DNA of 64,000 bases from Macrostomum hystrix (taxonomy: Eukaryota; Animalia; Platyhelminthes), in assembly GCA_950097015.1 (NCBI GenBank), contig CATNEN010000035.1:620001-684000 (forward strand), in the 5' to 3' direction. The notes beneath the pieces are model-generated. The model was not told where the DNA came from. It worked only from the letters and a program-made list of their open reading frames with translations, and ran no database searches. The translations under genes and the position numbers were made by a program. This document shows positions 8,539-20,094 of the stretch, in pieces. The first letter of the stretch is position 1. Each line of letters opens with the position of its first letter.

Positions 8539-11500
8539 CTAAAATAATTAAGATTCGGATTGCGCGAGTTAATACTGAGATAATACTGCAGTAGCTAGGT
8601 ACAATGGAGTTAATTGTGCTGCTCACAAATGCGCATTTGAAGAAATTATGAACAAGTACTTTTTCGAATATGTTCATGCATGCTGTCGTAAAACTACGAG
8701 TATAATTCTATATATTGGTGTTCATATGGATTAAAACAATCAATTAAGGCGGCAACTTCAAAGACCCGCACTTGATGAAGCGGCAACTATAAAGACACAC
8801 TCAATTAAAGCGGCAACTTCAAAGACCCACACTTGATGAAGCGGCAACTTTAAAGACACACACTCAATTAAAGCGGCAACTTCAAAGACCCACACTTGAT
8901 GAAGCGGCAACTTTAAAGACACACACTCAATTAAAGCGGCAACTTCAAAGACCCACACTTGATGAAGCGGCAACTTTAAAGACACACTCAATTAAAGCGG
9001 CAACTTCAAAGACCCACACTTGATGAAGCGGCAACTTTAAAAACACACACTCAATTGAAGCGGCAACTTCAAAGACGCACACATATTTGAAGCGACAACT
9101 TCTTGGACCCACACTTAACTAAAGCAGCAACTTCAAAGGGCTAAATTTTTTAAAGAAAATTAGACTGTTATAAAAAATCTGCTAAGTTTAAAAAAAGAAC
9201 TGAACCTTAAGAAAATGTTTTTGTACGAGCTCGTACACAAATATAAGCAACGAAACAGAAAGCATGCGAAAACGTTCTACAAAGAAGGACTTACATATCC
9301 ATAACCAGACAACAGATAGCCAACAGAACAACAAACATTGCTATTAACGCGATAGCAGCCACAATGCCTGTGGCTGAGAGGGTCGTTCCGGAGAAGCCCG
9401 CAGCGGCCAAGCTGCGAATCATGTCTGCAATGTTGGCGACGGCAGCTGGACTGGAGGAGGAGGCAGAGGGACTGGAGGAGGAGGCTGTGGGACTGGAGGA
9501 GGAGGCTGTGGGACTGGAGGAGGAGGCAGTGGGACTGGAGGAGGAGGCAGCTGGACTGGAGGAGGAGGCAGCTGGACTGGAGGAGGAGACAGTGGGACTG
9601 GAGGAGGAGGCAGCGGGACTGGAGGAGGAGGCAGCGGGACTGGAGGAGGAGGCAGCGGGACTGGAGGAGGAGGCAGCTGGACTGGAGGAGGAGGCAGTGG
9701 GACTGGAGGAGGAGGCAGTGGGACTGGAGGAGGAGGCAGAGGGACTGGAGGAGGAGGCAGCTGGACTGGAGGAGGAGGCAGTGGGACTGGAGGAGGAGGC
9801 TGTGGGACTGGAGGAGGAGGCAGTGGGACTGGAGGAGGAGGCAGTGGGACTGCAGGAGGAGGCAGCGGGACTGGAGGAGGAGACAGTGGGACTGGAGGAG
9901 GAGGCAGTGGGACTGCAGGAGGAGGCAGCGGGACTGGAGGAGGAGACAGTGGGACTGGAGGAGGAGGCAGCGGGACTGGAGGAGGAGGCAGCGGGACTGG
10001 AGGAGGAGGCAGCGGGACTGGAGGAGGAGGCAGCGGGACTGGAGGAGGAGGCAGCGGGACTGGAGGAGGAGGCAGCGGGACTGGAGGAGGAGGCAGCGGG
10101 ACTGGAGGAGGAGGCAGCGGGACTGGAGGAGGAGGCAGCGGGACTGGAGGAGGAGGCAGCGGGACTGGAGGAGGAGGCAGCGGGACTGGAGGAGGAGGCA
10201 GCGGGACTGGAGGAGGAGGCAGCGGGACTGGAGGAGGAGGCAGCGGGACTGGAGGAGGAGGCAGTGGCAGAGCAAATAAAGAACATAAGGAGTATTGCAG
10301 CACAACAATTTTCGTACAAGCAGGTCAGGGAATGGTAAATAATGTAACTCAATCGAAGATGTAAGTGGAGTTGTGTAAATATTGAACAACACTGGAAAAC
10401 GAAATGATTAACAGATAGCACCAATTAAATGTTTGAAGCGAATCGATTAACACATTTATAGGCTTTAATTTTATCGACAACAAAAATACATCATACTTTC
10501 CCTTGTCACAGAGGTTTTACTTTCCGCACAATGCTAATACACTACTTATTAAGTAGTTTGTTGAAAAGTATTTATGCTTCTTAGTTTTTTAAAGCGATAA
10601 CTTTCCATAAAAAGGCCAAAATCCAAGCGCTATTGCCTACTGCCAGTAGAACTCCAGAAATTTGTCACTAAAACAAGACTTGCTAACCTAGCTAGGTACC
10701 AGGACAATAGCAGGATTAACAGCATCGCTGCCCCAGCTATAGTCAACCCGACCGCCGTCATGATGCGGTCAAGCCGGCGCTGCAACTGCTTCTCAATGTA
10801 CGCTGGAAAGTTGCGGAAAACATTTTTTGTTAATCTTACTAGCTCTGTCTATTGGAGTCAATCTTATTAGATTTATGGACAATCAGTTGGAGTGGGTTGA
10901 TTGTGTTGGCTGCTACTCTCAGGGTAGCGCGCTTTTTACTTATAATTCCTGCCTTTCTTGGCTATGGCTTATCGATTATGGTAATATGAAATAGTCGAGG
11001 ATTGTGGAGACCCATTGGAGTACTCAGTCAAGCAACTCACACTTCATCTTATACGAAAGCGGAGCAGTGGACCTAGCTTAACACGAGGTTTTAGAGGCTA
11101 CCCTTTACTTTCGCAGACTACGATGTTTTTTCACTGAAAATGCGATTTACAGAGTCGATAATTACATTTCTAGGTAGGGTTCGCTAGCTTCCCGACTCTA
11201 TTTATGGGATCGCCATTATTCGGTGTACAGTTGATGTTAAAAGTGCAGAAAAATTTACACTGCAAATCCACACAGTCGGCGTCTGTGCTGTTAGCGGTTG
11301 CAATGCACCTGTTAGGTGAAATTATATGAACAAGTAATGCGTGAGATTTAGAGCATCAGCAGGATTAGCTAAATCAGTTTTGTTATCCGATTGGTGAGTG
11401 AGTTGATAAATGCTTAATTAAGTTAATTGCGAATCAGTTGGAATACTGTAGAGAGTGCCTGCTTACTGCTTGTTACGATTTATGAGTCATGTAAATTAAT

Positions 11501-14500
11501 GGGATTGACCCTAGAAAAACTAATTTAAAGGGATCATACTTAGCCTCAGGTAATCTGCGTAATCTTCGACACGTCTTTCACAAAGGAATCCAGAGAAATG
11601 TGGTGCACACCTAGAAATATATTTAATTTAATTCGTATCTGGCATTTCAAATATTCGTATTTGACACCGAGGCCGAATATACTGTTGCCATGTACTTGGA
11701 TCTATGCTGCATCGTGATTTCCCTGTCTTCAAAAATACGTTTTACCTTCCGCGAAATATAATCCTTAAGTTTACATTGGTGGCAGCGGTGGGATAAATAA
11801 TTCGATAATTATACGGCCTCGTACTAAAAAACTCTAACAAGTTTGTGCCTTTGATATAGAAACAACAAGCCGGACACTCACTGGCATGTCGGCTCGTTTG
11901 TGATTCTATTAATAACGCAGGTACCGCCATTCAAGCAGTAAGTGGCGTTGCTGCTGTGACACAGGTATGTCTGTGGCGTATGTGGTTCTGGAATAAACGC
12001 AGAAAATGTTTGTTATTTGTCGAAACACCACACGTCCGAAGCAATTTGAAAATGACTTTTTATCCACGTCTCTCCTAAACTATAATCCCATAATCCCAAG
12101 TCTGTTCGGAACTGAAACATTTTACTGTCGGTTGAAACGACTTTTTCCTACCAGCTTCACGTCCTGTCCTGTAACAGGGCGTGGGTTGTGGGTACTGCCT
12201 ATAATATATGCAACCAAGTAGTACAAACCAACACACTTCACTACTCAATCGCCCTGCTCTCTTTGAGGCTAGAATAGCTCTAACTCTGGTGGAAGTGCTC
12301 CGAGCGAGACACAATAAACAACAAACTATAATCAAACCTGTCAAAATCTGTTTGAACCATTCAGTTAAAATTCTACCGATATTGAACATGGGAGTTTCGT
12401 TAGTTTTCTGAACTCCTACTTACTAGCAGTGGATGCTGGTTGTCCCATTGCATCGAGATCTTCGGCTGAAATGACAGAGAGAATGATGTCGTTCTAATTA
12501 AGGCAGCCAATTTGACAGCCAATTTTAAACTCTGAAAACGTCAGGAAACTTGACCAGCCTCACAACCATCGTGAACAATTCTACCACTTCACCAAAATAT
12601 CACGACGTTGTGAAGTCTCCTATGTCTGCAGTGCAATTCGACAAGAAATTTTGGATTTTGGGAAGATATGGTGACACAGTTAACTGCAATGGTAATGCAA
12701 TACAACAGGATCAGGGCTGCACTAAGATTATAAAAATGTATGTGTCCCATCCCACAGCCCTCCTACAGATTTCTGCGGGATTTAGTTTGAAAGAGCAGAA
12801 AAAAATGAATGACTTACCTGAATCCTTGAGTAAGAAAAAATTGTAATAAATTAAAAAACCTCGTATCTCTAGTACTCAGCGAGTTAAATATTTTCTAGTC
12901 ATTTGAATGGCCTAATTTGTTTTATAAGCCCACCAAATGTAAGAGGGGCGCAGCACACTGTACACTGCAGCCACATTGGCCATTCGCGAAGCTTTTCACC
13001 ATGAGCAAAAATAGCAGACTGGCTTGGTCGCATCACCTCTTCCTCTCCGCTTCTCTTTCCCCCTCTCCACGTGTCTGCTTTCTGTGCTGTTGTCTGGCTC
13101 TGTCGCACTAAAATTGATAAACAGACTCGCCTCAAATAGCGTGCTCATTCAGCTTTGTTTTCAGCTTTTAATGTCGCAATAAGTCTAAAATCCAATTGTG
13201 CTCTTGTCTTTACTGTATGCCTACAACCACAAAGCCTGCCTTTTCGGCATTTCTGTCACCTTTCTTTCTCGCTTATGAATCTTTTGAAAGCTCGGTGGCA
13301 GGTGTGCTGTAGAAACTTACCATTCAGCAAAATGCTGCTACTGATAGTTCCATTAATATTGCGGAAAACGCAGGTGTAGTTCCCGGCGTCCAATTGAGCA
13401 GCGTGCCGCAGCATGAGACGCGTGGTTACAATTCGATTTCTAGAATTTCAGGACGAGATGCTTAGCTATAGAAATACGAGCATAAAAATGGCAGTCACTT
13501 AAGGACAAGTGACTGAGGCCAATCAGCCCCATTAATCCCTAACAAGTCTCACTTCGTTCTGAACTGGCCAGATATTCTTTTGCCAAGCTCAATGACTTGG
13601 CCATTGAGCAGCCAGAGTGGCCTTGGCTGTGGCAGGCCGCTGGCCCGGCAGACAAGGCGCAGCTGGATTCCACCGCTGCCACCAACGCGGATTCGCTTGC
13701 GCGCTGGTTGTTCAAGCTTTGGCGGCTCCACTGAAATCATGTTCGGGCGTATTTTAATGCCCCTTTAGATTCTATTCTACGAAAATCTTGCTCAAGAAAC
13801 TCAGGAAATGTTGATTAGGAAAACCTGACACGGTTGAAATAAACTAAAAAAGACGAAAACATTTTACAAAGATGGACAATGGTACTGAAAATCTTGGCGG
13901 TATGATTTTCGCTACATTCAGTAGTCTGGCGTCTTGCAAGTCTAATATTGTGTGTATTCTTTGAGCTGACTACCAGATACTGGAACGATGGTTTCGCACA
14001 TCTAATTTCGTATTTGTAAATCTTAACTAGCGACAAAATATAAATTTAGAGTCGAAGCATAAGGCTTGACTATGTCTATGAGAGATGTGTTAGAGGCTAG
14101 AATCTTTATAAACGTATTATTGTATTAGATAGCTATGATTTACAGGCTAATATACAAATTTACAAAAGGCGCTATTCATTAAATAAATTTTCTAATCTAA
14201 TTCTGAAGCACAGTCAATACAAGTTTACCTAACTGGACTTCGAAAAAATATGGACCTCTTTTCAGAGGCCTTATACCAAAAGTTAATCAGCTCAATAATT
14301 AAAGACCGAATTACGAGTGCATACTTAAAAGTTTGAAATGGAAGCATGAATATAGAATATCTCGATAATGTACACTGTCAGTACGAGCCAGACACCCCAC
14401 TCCTAGCCAAGTCTCACACCTCAGACAGAAACCAGACACCCCACTCCTAGCCAGGCCTCACACCTCAGACAGAAACCAGACACCCCACTCCTAGCCAAGC

Positions 14501-17500
14501 CTCACACCTCAGATATAAACCAGACACCCCACTCCTAGCCAGGCCTCACACCTCAGACAGAAACCAGACACCCCACTCCTAGCCAAGCCTCACACCTCAG
14601 ATATAAACCAGACACCCCACTCCTAGCCAAACCTCACACCTCAAACGGAAACCAGACACCCCACTGCTAGCCAAGCCTCACACCTCAGATATAAACCAGA
14701 CACCCCACTCCAAGCCAAACCTCACACCTCAGATATAAACCAGACACCCCACTCCTAGCCAAGCCTCACACATCAGATATAAACCAGACACCCCACTCCA
14801 AGCCAAACCTCACACCTCAGATATAAACCAGACACCCCACTCCTAGCCAAGCCTCACACCTCAGATATAAACCAGACACCCCACTCCTAGCCAAACCTCA
14901 CACCTGGAAGCATGAATATCGAATATCACGATAATGTACACTTAATGTACACATTACGCTGACAGTGTTAATTCATCAGAGCCAGAACACTATTAACTTA
15001 TTTCATGTTTAGACAGATTTGGTTAAATATTAAGATAAATACGAATGAGTGTGTAAATTTAATCGTTGGAATCACTCGACGAACCCAATATATAAACTTT
15101 TGTGTCGGGTTTCAAGAATGACTACTAACAGTAGGACATCTGGTTGGCAGTTTTTTATTCTTCCCAGAAACATTCTATCCATGTCGTTGCGACAGTGGAT
15201 TTTAAAGTGACGGGTGAGTGGCACGCCGCCACACAGCTGTTTTTTATTGCTAAAATTGTTAGTACAGCCAGTGCCAATATATAACGGCTGCGTATTGTGG
15301 GATGAGGTCTGTTGTTACGCAATCAAGGAGAACAATGCAACACAAATGGTAGTATAGTATGCATGAGAGACTGTAAGTACGCAGAAGTGGCTGTCTCAGA
15401 TTCACATACTGTCTGGCTTACCGCATATTGTTGTTTCAACACCTGCATCGAATTTGGTTGGTGATTACTGTAAATCATTGCCTGACGCATGCATCCATCT
15501 CGAGCAGAAATGGATTGCAGAGACAGACACTTCAGCTGCGCAGTCATTTGAACGCTACTTTTTACTCAATCTTCTAGCCTTGAAAAGTGTTTTTTTAGTT
15601 TGATAGTAAAAAACACGGAGCTTAATTGATAAAATGATTTTACGTAGCAAAATATGGGTACTATTTTTCATGCATCAATGCCACCGAGGATTTTGGGAAG
15701 TTCGATTTCCATTTTAGTCTGTCTTTCTTGCTTGTATGAAATAATAATAATAATAATTGCAGGAGGGCTGCGGGCAATGGCACATCATTTGGTGACACTA
15801 GACCCGCAGCCAGCGAGGAGGCAATTCTGCCCATTTCGCCGACTCCTGAGCACACACGCACACAGATACCGTACGCAGGTAATGCCCACACAGGTGTGTA
15901 CCTCCGCCCTGACTTTCTCATCGTCAGGCAGTGTACACTTTCACTGTGCCTTGGAGGTTGGCCCTCAAGGGCGTAAAAGTGCACGACAAGCCCCCAAGAC
16001 TTCTCTCCGCGGCTGCGCCCCAAATAAATGTGGCCTCGCCGTTGAATCGAGCTTTGGGACCTTGGTGCGGGAGGCAAACGCGTTAACCGCTCTGCCACCG
16101 ACCCCCCTTGCTTGTATGAATTTTTGTAACGAAATTTAAGCAGCACATTGGTATATAGAATTTTGATTTGATTTTTTAATCCTCTATACGAATAGATCTT
16201 TCTATTCTAATCCATTTTCACTGTATCCCGGATGTGCCATCTGTGGCGCTATCGGCCTCCCTATTTCACTGTCCTGCGATTGCATTGCAGGGGATCTTGG
16301 GATCAATAGGGGATTTTTAGGTTCCCGCTTGACCCAGGCCTGTGTCCCCGTTTAGTCCGGCAAACCTTATCTGTCCTCACGCTGAATCGGACTCAACTGC
16401 CGACGTGTGTGTGTGTGTGTTTCCCATTTATCCAGCTTCAAAGCAGTTTAATTGAAGGCTGAACACAAGAATCCGATTTCCAAGTAGCTAGTGGTTAAAC
16501 TAAATAAGACCAAATAAGAGTTTGCTGAATCTCAAGTCGGCAAAGGGTATTCGTGATTGAACTCAAAATGTGTTTGTTCCCACGTTTCTCTTCGGGAAAG
16601 ATTTTCAAGCAAACAAGAATTTCGAAAAAAGAAGAAGATTATGAGCGAAGAAAAAGAGAAGAAAAAGAGTTGAAGTCACCCAGCTGATAAATGGGTACCA
16701 GCATCAGCTGGGGAAATTGAGGGTGGTTGTGGCGTCCCCCAGTCCATGGACTGAACGTAGTTCAGTCGGCTGCACATCTGGCCCAATTGGGGCCGGTGGA
16801 GTTAAAGCAAAAATATTTAAATCTCTAAAAAAACTCCGAGTGGATTACTCCTCTCACTAAGCCTACCAACCTGTGCGTCTGTAATCTTTGAAATCTTTCG
16901 AATCTACGAACAGGTGAAAGAAGCTAACAGGATTTCCCGTCACTTTGTGACAGGCTAAACTAAATCCTATCGAAATGGTGGCTTTTTCGTTCAGGTGTCG
17001 TTAATTTTTAGTAGAGAAAAGTTAAGAGTTACTTAACGATGGAGTTTATCAGTTTTGCCCATCATCAGCCTCATGGCAACTCGATAATAAATAAACTGCT
17101 GGCTGAAGTAATTAGGTGCATACTCTGCAAGATGCCAAATATGCTGCTTTGATATACGGCTCGTAATTAAATTTCGGCCTGAGATAATTCCAATTTCGAC
17201 AAGGATATGACAAATATTACGGCGGAAAGATATTAGTCCCGCTCAGCTGATGTGTCAGATAATTCAATGATTAGTTAATATTAAGCTCACACCATTTGCT
17301 GGAGTCGCAATGCGCAAACAAGGGCAACTTATAGTTCCCAATCGCTTATCCTTGATACTTTATTGGCTGGAAATTGTGATTATGAAGACTCAGTAGCCTT
17401 TTCATAGAGTCAAATCAATGCAATCCCACACCAAGTTAAGATTCGCACCTCAACAACAAAACTACAAGTTGTTAAACTACAAGACAAAACTACTGCTTGT

Positions 17501-18884
17501 ATCTCACTCCTAGCCAAACCTCACACCTCAGACATAAACCAGACACCCCACTCCTAGCCAGGCCTCACACCTCAGACAGAAACCAGACACCCCACTCCTA
17601 GCCAAGCCTCACACCTCAGATATAAACCAGACACCCCACTCCTAGCCAAGCCTCACACCTCAGATATAAACCAGACACCCCACTCCTAGCCAAGCCTCAC
17701 ACCTCAGATATAAACCAGACACCCCACTCCTAGCCAAGCCTCACACCTCAGACATAAACCAGACACCCCACTCCTAGCCAAGCCTCACACCTCAGACATA
17801 AACCAGACACCCCACTCCTAGCCAAGCTTCACACCTCAGATATAAACCAGACACCCCACTCCTAGCCAAGCCTCACACCTCAGACATAAACCAGACACCC
17901 CACTCCTAGCCAGGCCTCACACCTCAGACAGAAACCAGACACCCCACTCCTAGCCAAACCTCACACCTCAGATATAAACCAGACACCCCACTCCTAGCCA
18001 AACCTCACACCTCAGATATAAACCAGACACCCCACTCCTAGCCAAACCTCACACCTCAGATATAAACCAGACACCCCACTCCTAGCCAAGCCTCACACCT
18101 CAGATATAAACCAGTCTGCACACTACTGGCCAGGCCTCAAACCTCAGATATAAACCAGTCTGCACACTACTGGCCAGGCCTCAAACCTCAGATATAAACC
18201 AGTCTGCACACTACTGGCCAGGCCTCACACCTCTTCCAGCCAATTTGCCTTAGGTTTTTTAATGTTTTGTTAGAATACGAAGCTGGAATTTAAATCGTTA
18301 GCAATTCTAAACCAACAGAACATTCGACACTCACGACAGGCCTGCATCTCGTTGCACTGCAGCCGGTCGAACTTGGCGTTAAGCCGTTGCTTGTACCGTA
18401 CCGGCAGGAAGGCGTGCCGGAAGAAGAGACCCGGCTCTGGCATGGCGGCCAGGAAGAACACGTAGCCAACGCGACGACGACGCAAGTCGCACGGCACGCA
18501 GGTCTGGCGCTGTCTGGCCCGCTGGCCACGCACCCGGGTGTTATTGAAGGTGCCGACTACGATCCTCTGACCAGTGAGGTCCTGTCGCCAAGGCTTCATC
18601 TGTTTGGTGACAGTCAGGGTGACATTGTAGAGACCGGAGTCTGTGGGAGTGGCCTCGTCACTGGCCAGCCAGTTCGCGTGCACCACCAGGTCGGATTGCA
18701 GCCATTTCGACTGGGCGTCGTGAAACTCGCGACCGCACACAGTCTGCGGCGACTGCAGCGCAGGCAGCTTCTTCCATGGCTGCTGCCGCCGGTGCCGCAG
18801 CCAGTTTCGCTGGCCGAACGTTGAATCCGGCAGCGGCAGCAGCAGCGGCAGCAGCAGAAGCAGCAGGCGGTCACTCAGCTGCAT
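7715..18884 (-). CDS. nrg: Neuregulin-type EGFR/ErbB ligand (signal peptide, NRG2/GGF2-like domain, Ig, EGF, TM, cytoplasmic tail); multi-exon
   Basis: Phase-consistent GT-AG exon chain: 18335-18884, 13553-13730, 13321-13439, 11882-11987, 11540-11610 (or 11259-11308), 10688-10802 (or 9295-9445), 8478-8538, 7715-8308. Motifs YVFFL..P.PGLFFRHAFLP, LVCRASGLPQPRPLW, DAGNYTC and YCLNGGTC. Confidence 0.88.
8742..9135. repeat. About 61-bp dimeric minisatellite built from two related ~30-bp subunits (AAGCGGCAACTT core)
   Basis: Directly visible, intronic. Confidence 0.88.
9295..9445 (-). CDS. nrg: nrg transmembrane exon B (5' boundary may lie further into the 21-bp array)
   Basis: tccag|CT GCC... 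gives AVANIADMIRSLAAAGFSGTTLSATGIVAAIALIAMFVVLLAICCLVMD. Strong donor AT|GTAAGT, phase 2. Confidence 0.72.
9446..10265. repeat. 21-bp minisatellite (GCAGCGGGACTGGAGGAGGAG)n, about 39 units; SSSPAAS in the nrg frame
   Basis: Directly visible, length-conserved units, open frame into TM exon B. Confidence 0.95.
10688..10802 (-). CDS. nrg: nrg transmembrane exon A
   Basis: ctttccag|CG TAC... gives YIEKQLQRRLDRIMTAVGLTIAGAAMLLILLLSWYLAR. Phase 1 in, phase 2 out. Confidence 0.75.
11259..11308 (-). CDS. nrg: Candidate alternative nrg EGF C-half exon b (C5-x10-C6)
   Basis: ctaacag|G TGC ATT... gives CIATANSTDADCVDLQ. Donor T|GTAAAT. Same phases (2 in, 1 out) as exon a. Confidence 0.45.
11540..11610 (-). 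CDS. nrg: nrg EGF C-half exon a (C5-x8-C6)
   Basis: ttctag|G TGT GCA... gives CAPHFSGFLCERRVEDYADYLRL. Donor A|GTATGA, phase 1. Confidence 0.8.
11882..11987 (-). CDS. nrg: nrg EGF exon, Cys1-Cys4
   Basis: YLCHSSNATYCLNGGTCVINRITNEPTCQ. Phase-2 donor CA|GTGAGT between C4 and C5, the intron position typical of EGFR ligands. Confidence 0.9.
13321..13730 (-). CDS. nrg: nrg exons 2-3 (13553-13730, 13321-13439): I-set Ig domain
   Basis: EPPKL...LRLVCRASGLPQPRPLWLLNG, then RLMLRHAAQLDAGNYTCVFRNINGT. Splice phases 1-2 and 2-1. Confidence 0.88.
14388..14904. repeat. 44-bp minisatellite (CCAGACACCCCACTCCTAGCCAAGCCTCACACCTCAGATATAAA), about 12 copies
   Basis: Directly visible. Flanked by a 38-bp direct repeat. 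Confidence 0.93.
15741..16106 (-). mobile_element. Full-length tRNA-derived SINE (~366 bp)
   Basis: A box TGGCAGAGCGG (16087-16097), B-box-like GCTCGATTC (16044-16052), (ATT)n tail, 14-bp TSD CTTGCTTGTATGAA (15727-15740 and 16107-16120). A second copy of the 3' end is at 61301-61415. Confidence 0.88.
16675..16810 (+). mobile_element. Dispersed SINE-core-like fragment; relatives at about 20810-20910 (-), 41660-41780 and 47580-47700
   Basis: Shared motifs CACCCAGCTG(T/A)TAAA(A)TGG and CCAGTCCAYGGACTGAAC. Confidence 0.5.
17506..18232. repeat. Second array of the 44-bp minisatellite, about 16 copies
   Basis: Same unit as 14388-14904. Confidence 0.93.
18335..18884 (-). CDS. nrg: nrg exon 1: signal peptide and NRG2/GGF2-like N-terminal domain
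   Basis: MQLSDRLLLLLLPLLLP signal. RVGYVFFLAAMPEPGLFFRHAFLP...LQCNEM resembles NRG2 RYIFFLEPTEQPLVFKTAFAP...ILCTDC (recalled). Donor C|GTGAGT. Confidence 0.8.
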
Positions 18885-20094
18885 GAAGGATGACAGCCGG
18901 TGGTGACAAGCTTCAAAAGTGTCAGCAGATCATCATAGCATTGCTTTATTGGGCTTTTCAAGCTTTTTAAGTCGCGAAAATCGGATTATTAGTCACGAGT
19001 GAGGTGAGCTGGGATTGCCAGGGACCTGTCGATCAGCTGGCAGCCCTTGGTCTTTAACTTTATCAAGCAAACAGTTGGGCTGCAGGCGCAGAGCAAGCAA
19101 AAGCAGCCAATTCAGCAGAAGAAGAAGAATTACTGCACAAAACTGACAGAGATTGAGATAAATAGAGAAAAATTGTGCCGGCACCTGCTTTTGGACGGAG
19201 GGTAGAGCGCGGCGCCCACTCCATGAGAGCCCGGGGCCCACTCCCACGCCCTTGCCGCTCCGCACAAGCCGTGCCGAAACCGTACTGCCCAATGGCGAAG
19301 ATAGACAGGCAGAGAAAGAAGACCCTCTGAGTTGCTGCTCACAGCTTACTGTCCTCGTTTTCTTTTAGCATTTCTTGGCTGGCCAAAAGAGGTGGGCGGC
19401 CTGGTTTGGACATTAGAAATTCCAGAGGAGGCTAGAGAGATGGTTTCGCAGTGAGGGCGCCTTTATTTAGATTCGGTACTATTCTGTACTCGCGCACAAG
19501 ACAGTCCCTGAGATCCTATGTTGACGCGGACCACCCAAGGCTGTCCATTTGTGCATCACACGAGCACCACCCAGCTACTAAGGTGCTGCTTTGCTTGTAA
19601 AAGAAGCTAGCTCGTAATTCTCGGAGCGAACCAATGAGCAGTCACCTTGATATGGATTTTAAACATTTTTTAATTTTTGTTTAGCTAGCTATGAATAAAG
19701 TATCGAAAAGGCATCACACGATTAACAATGTTGTGATGAAACGAAAAACTAGTACTTCGGAAGAAAAATATTTTGATTTTAAAGCTAATTTAACAGATTT
19801 AACAGTAGACTACGGGGGGTATTTCGAATAACCAGATTTTTTTTGAATCTCCTAAAATATTCTACCAATGGCCATGGAAATGGAACACGGACAAAAATTT
19901 CCTGAATCTTTTTGAACCACTTCCAGAATCACTAAGCATCGGCGTCGTCAAGATATTCAACGATTCAACGTTGTGACAAGTGGCAAAAACCACCAATGTA
20001 GACGCATTTATTCTGCGCATAAATTGGCTTTGTTACCATGTCGGCATTGTCGGCCATTATTGTTTATTAAATTGTTTAATAATTTATATATTGC

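Noticed and set aside
9277-10392. EEEAAGL ORF (+) and LLLQSRC / PPPVPLP ORFs (-)
   Set aside because: These are alternative frames of the 21-bp array. Only the SSSPAAS frame connects to a hydrophobic exon with a donor.
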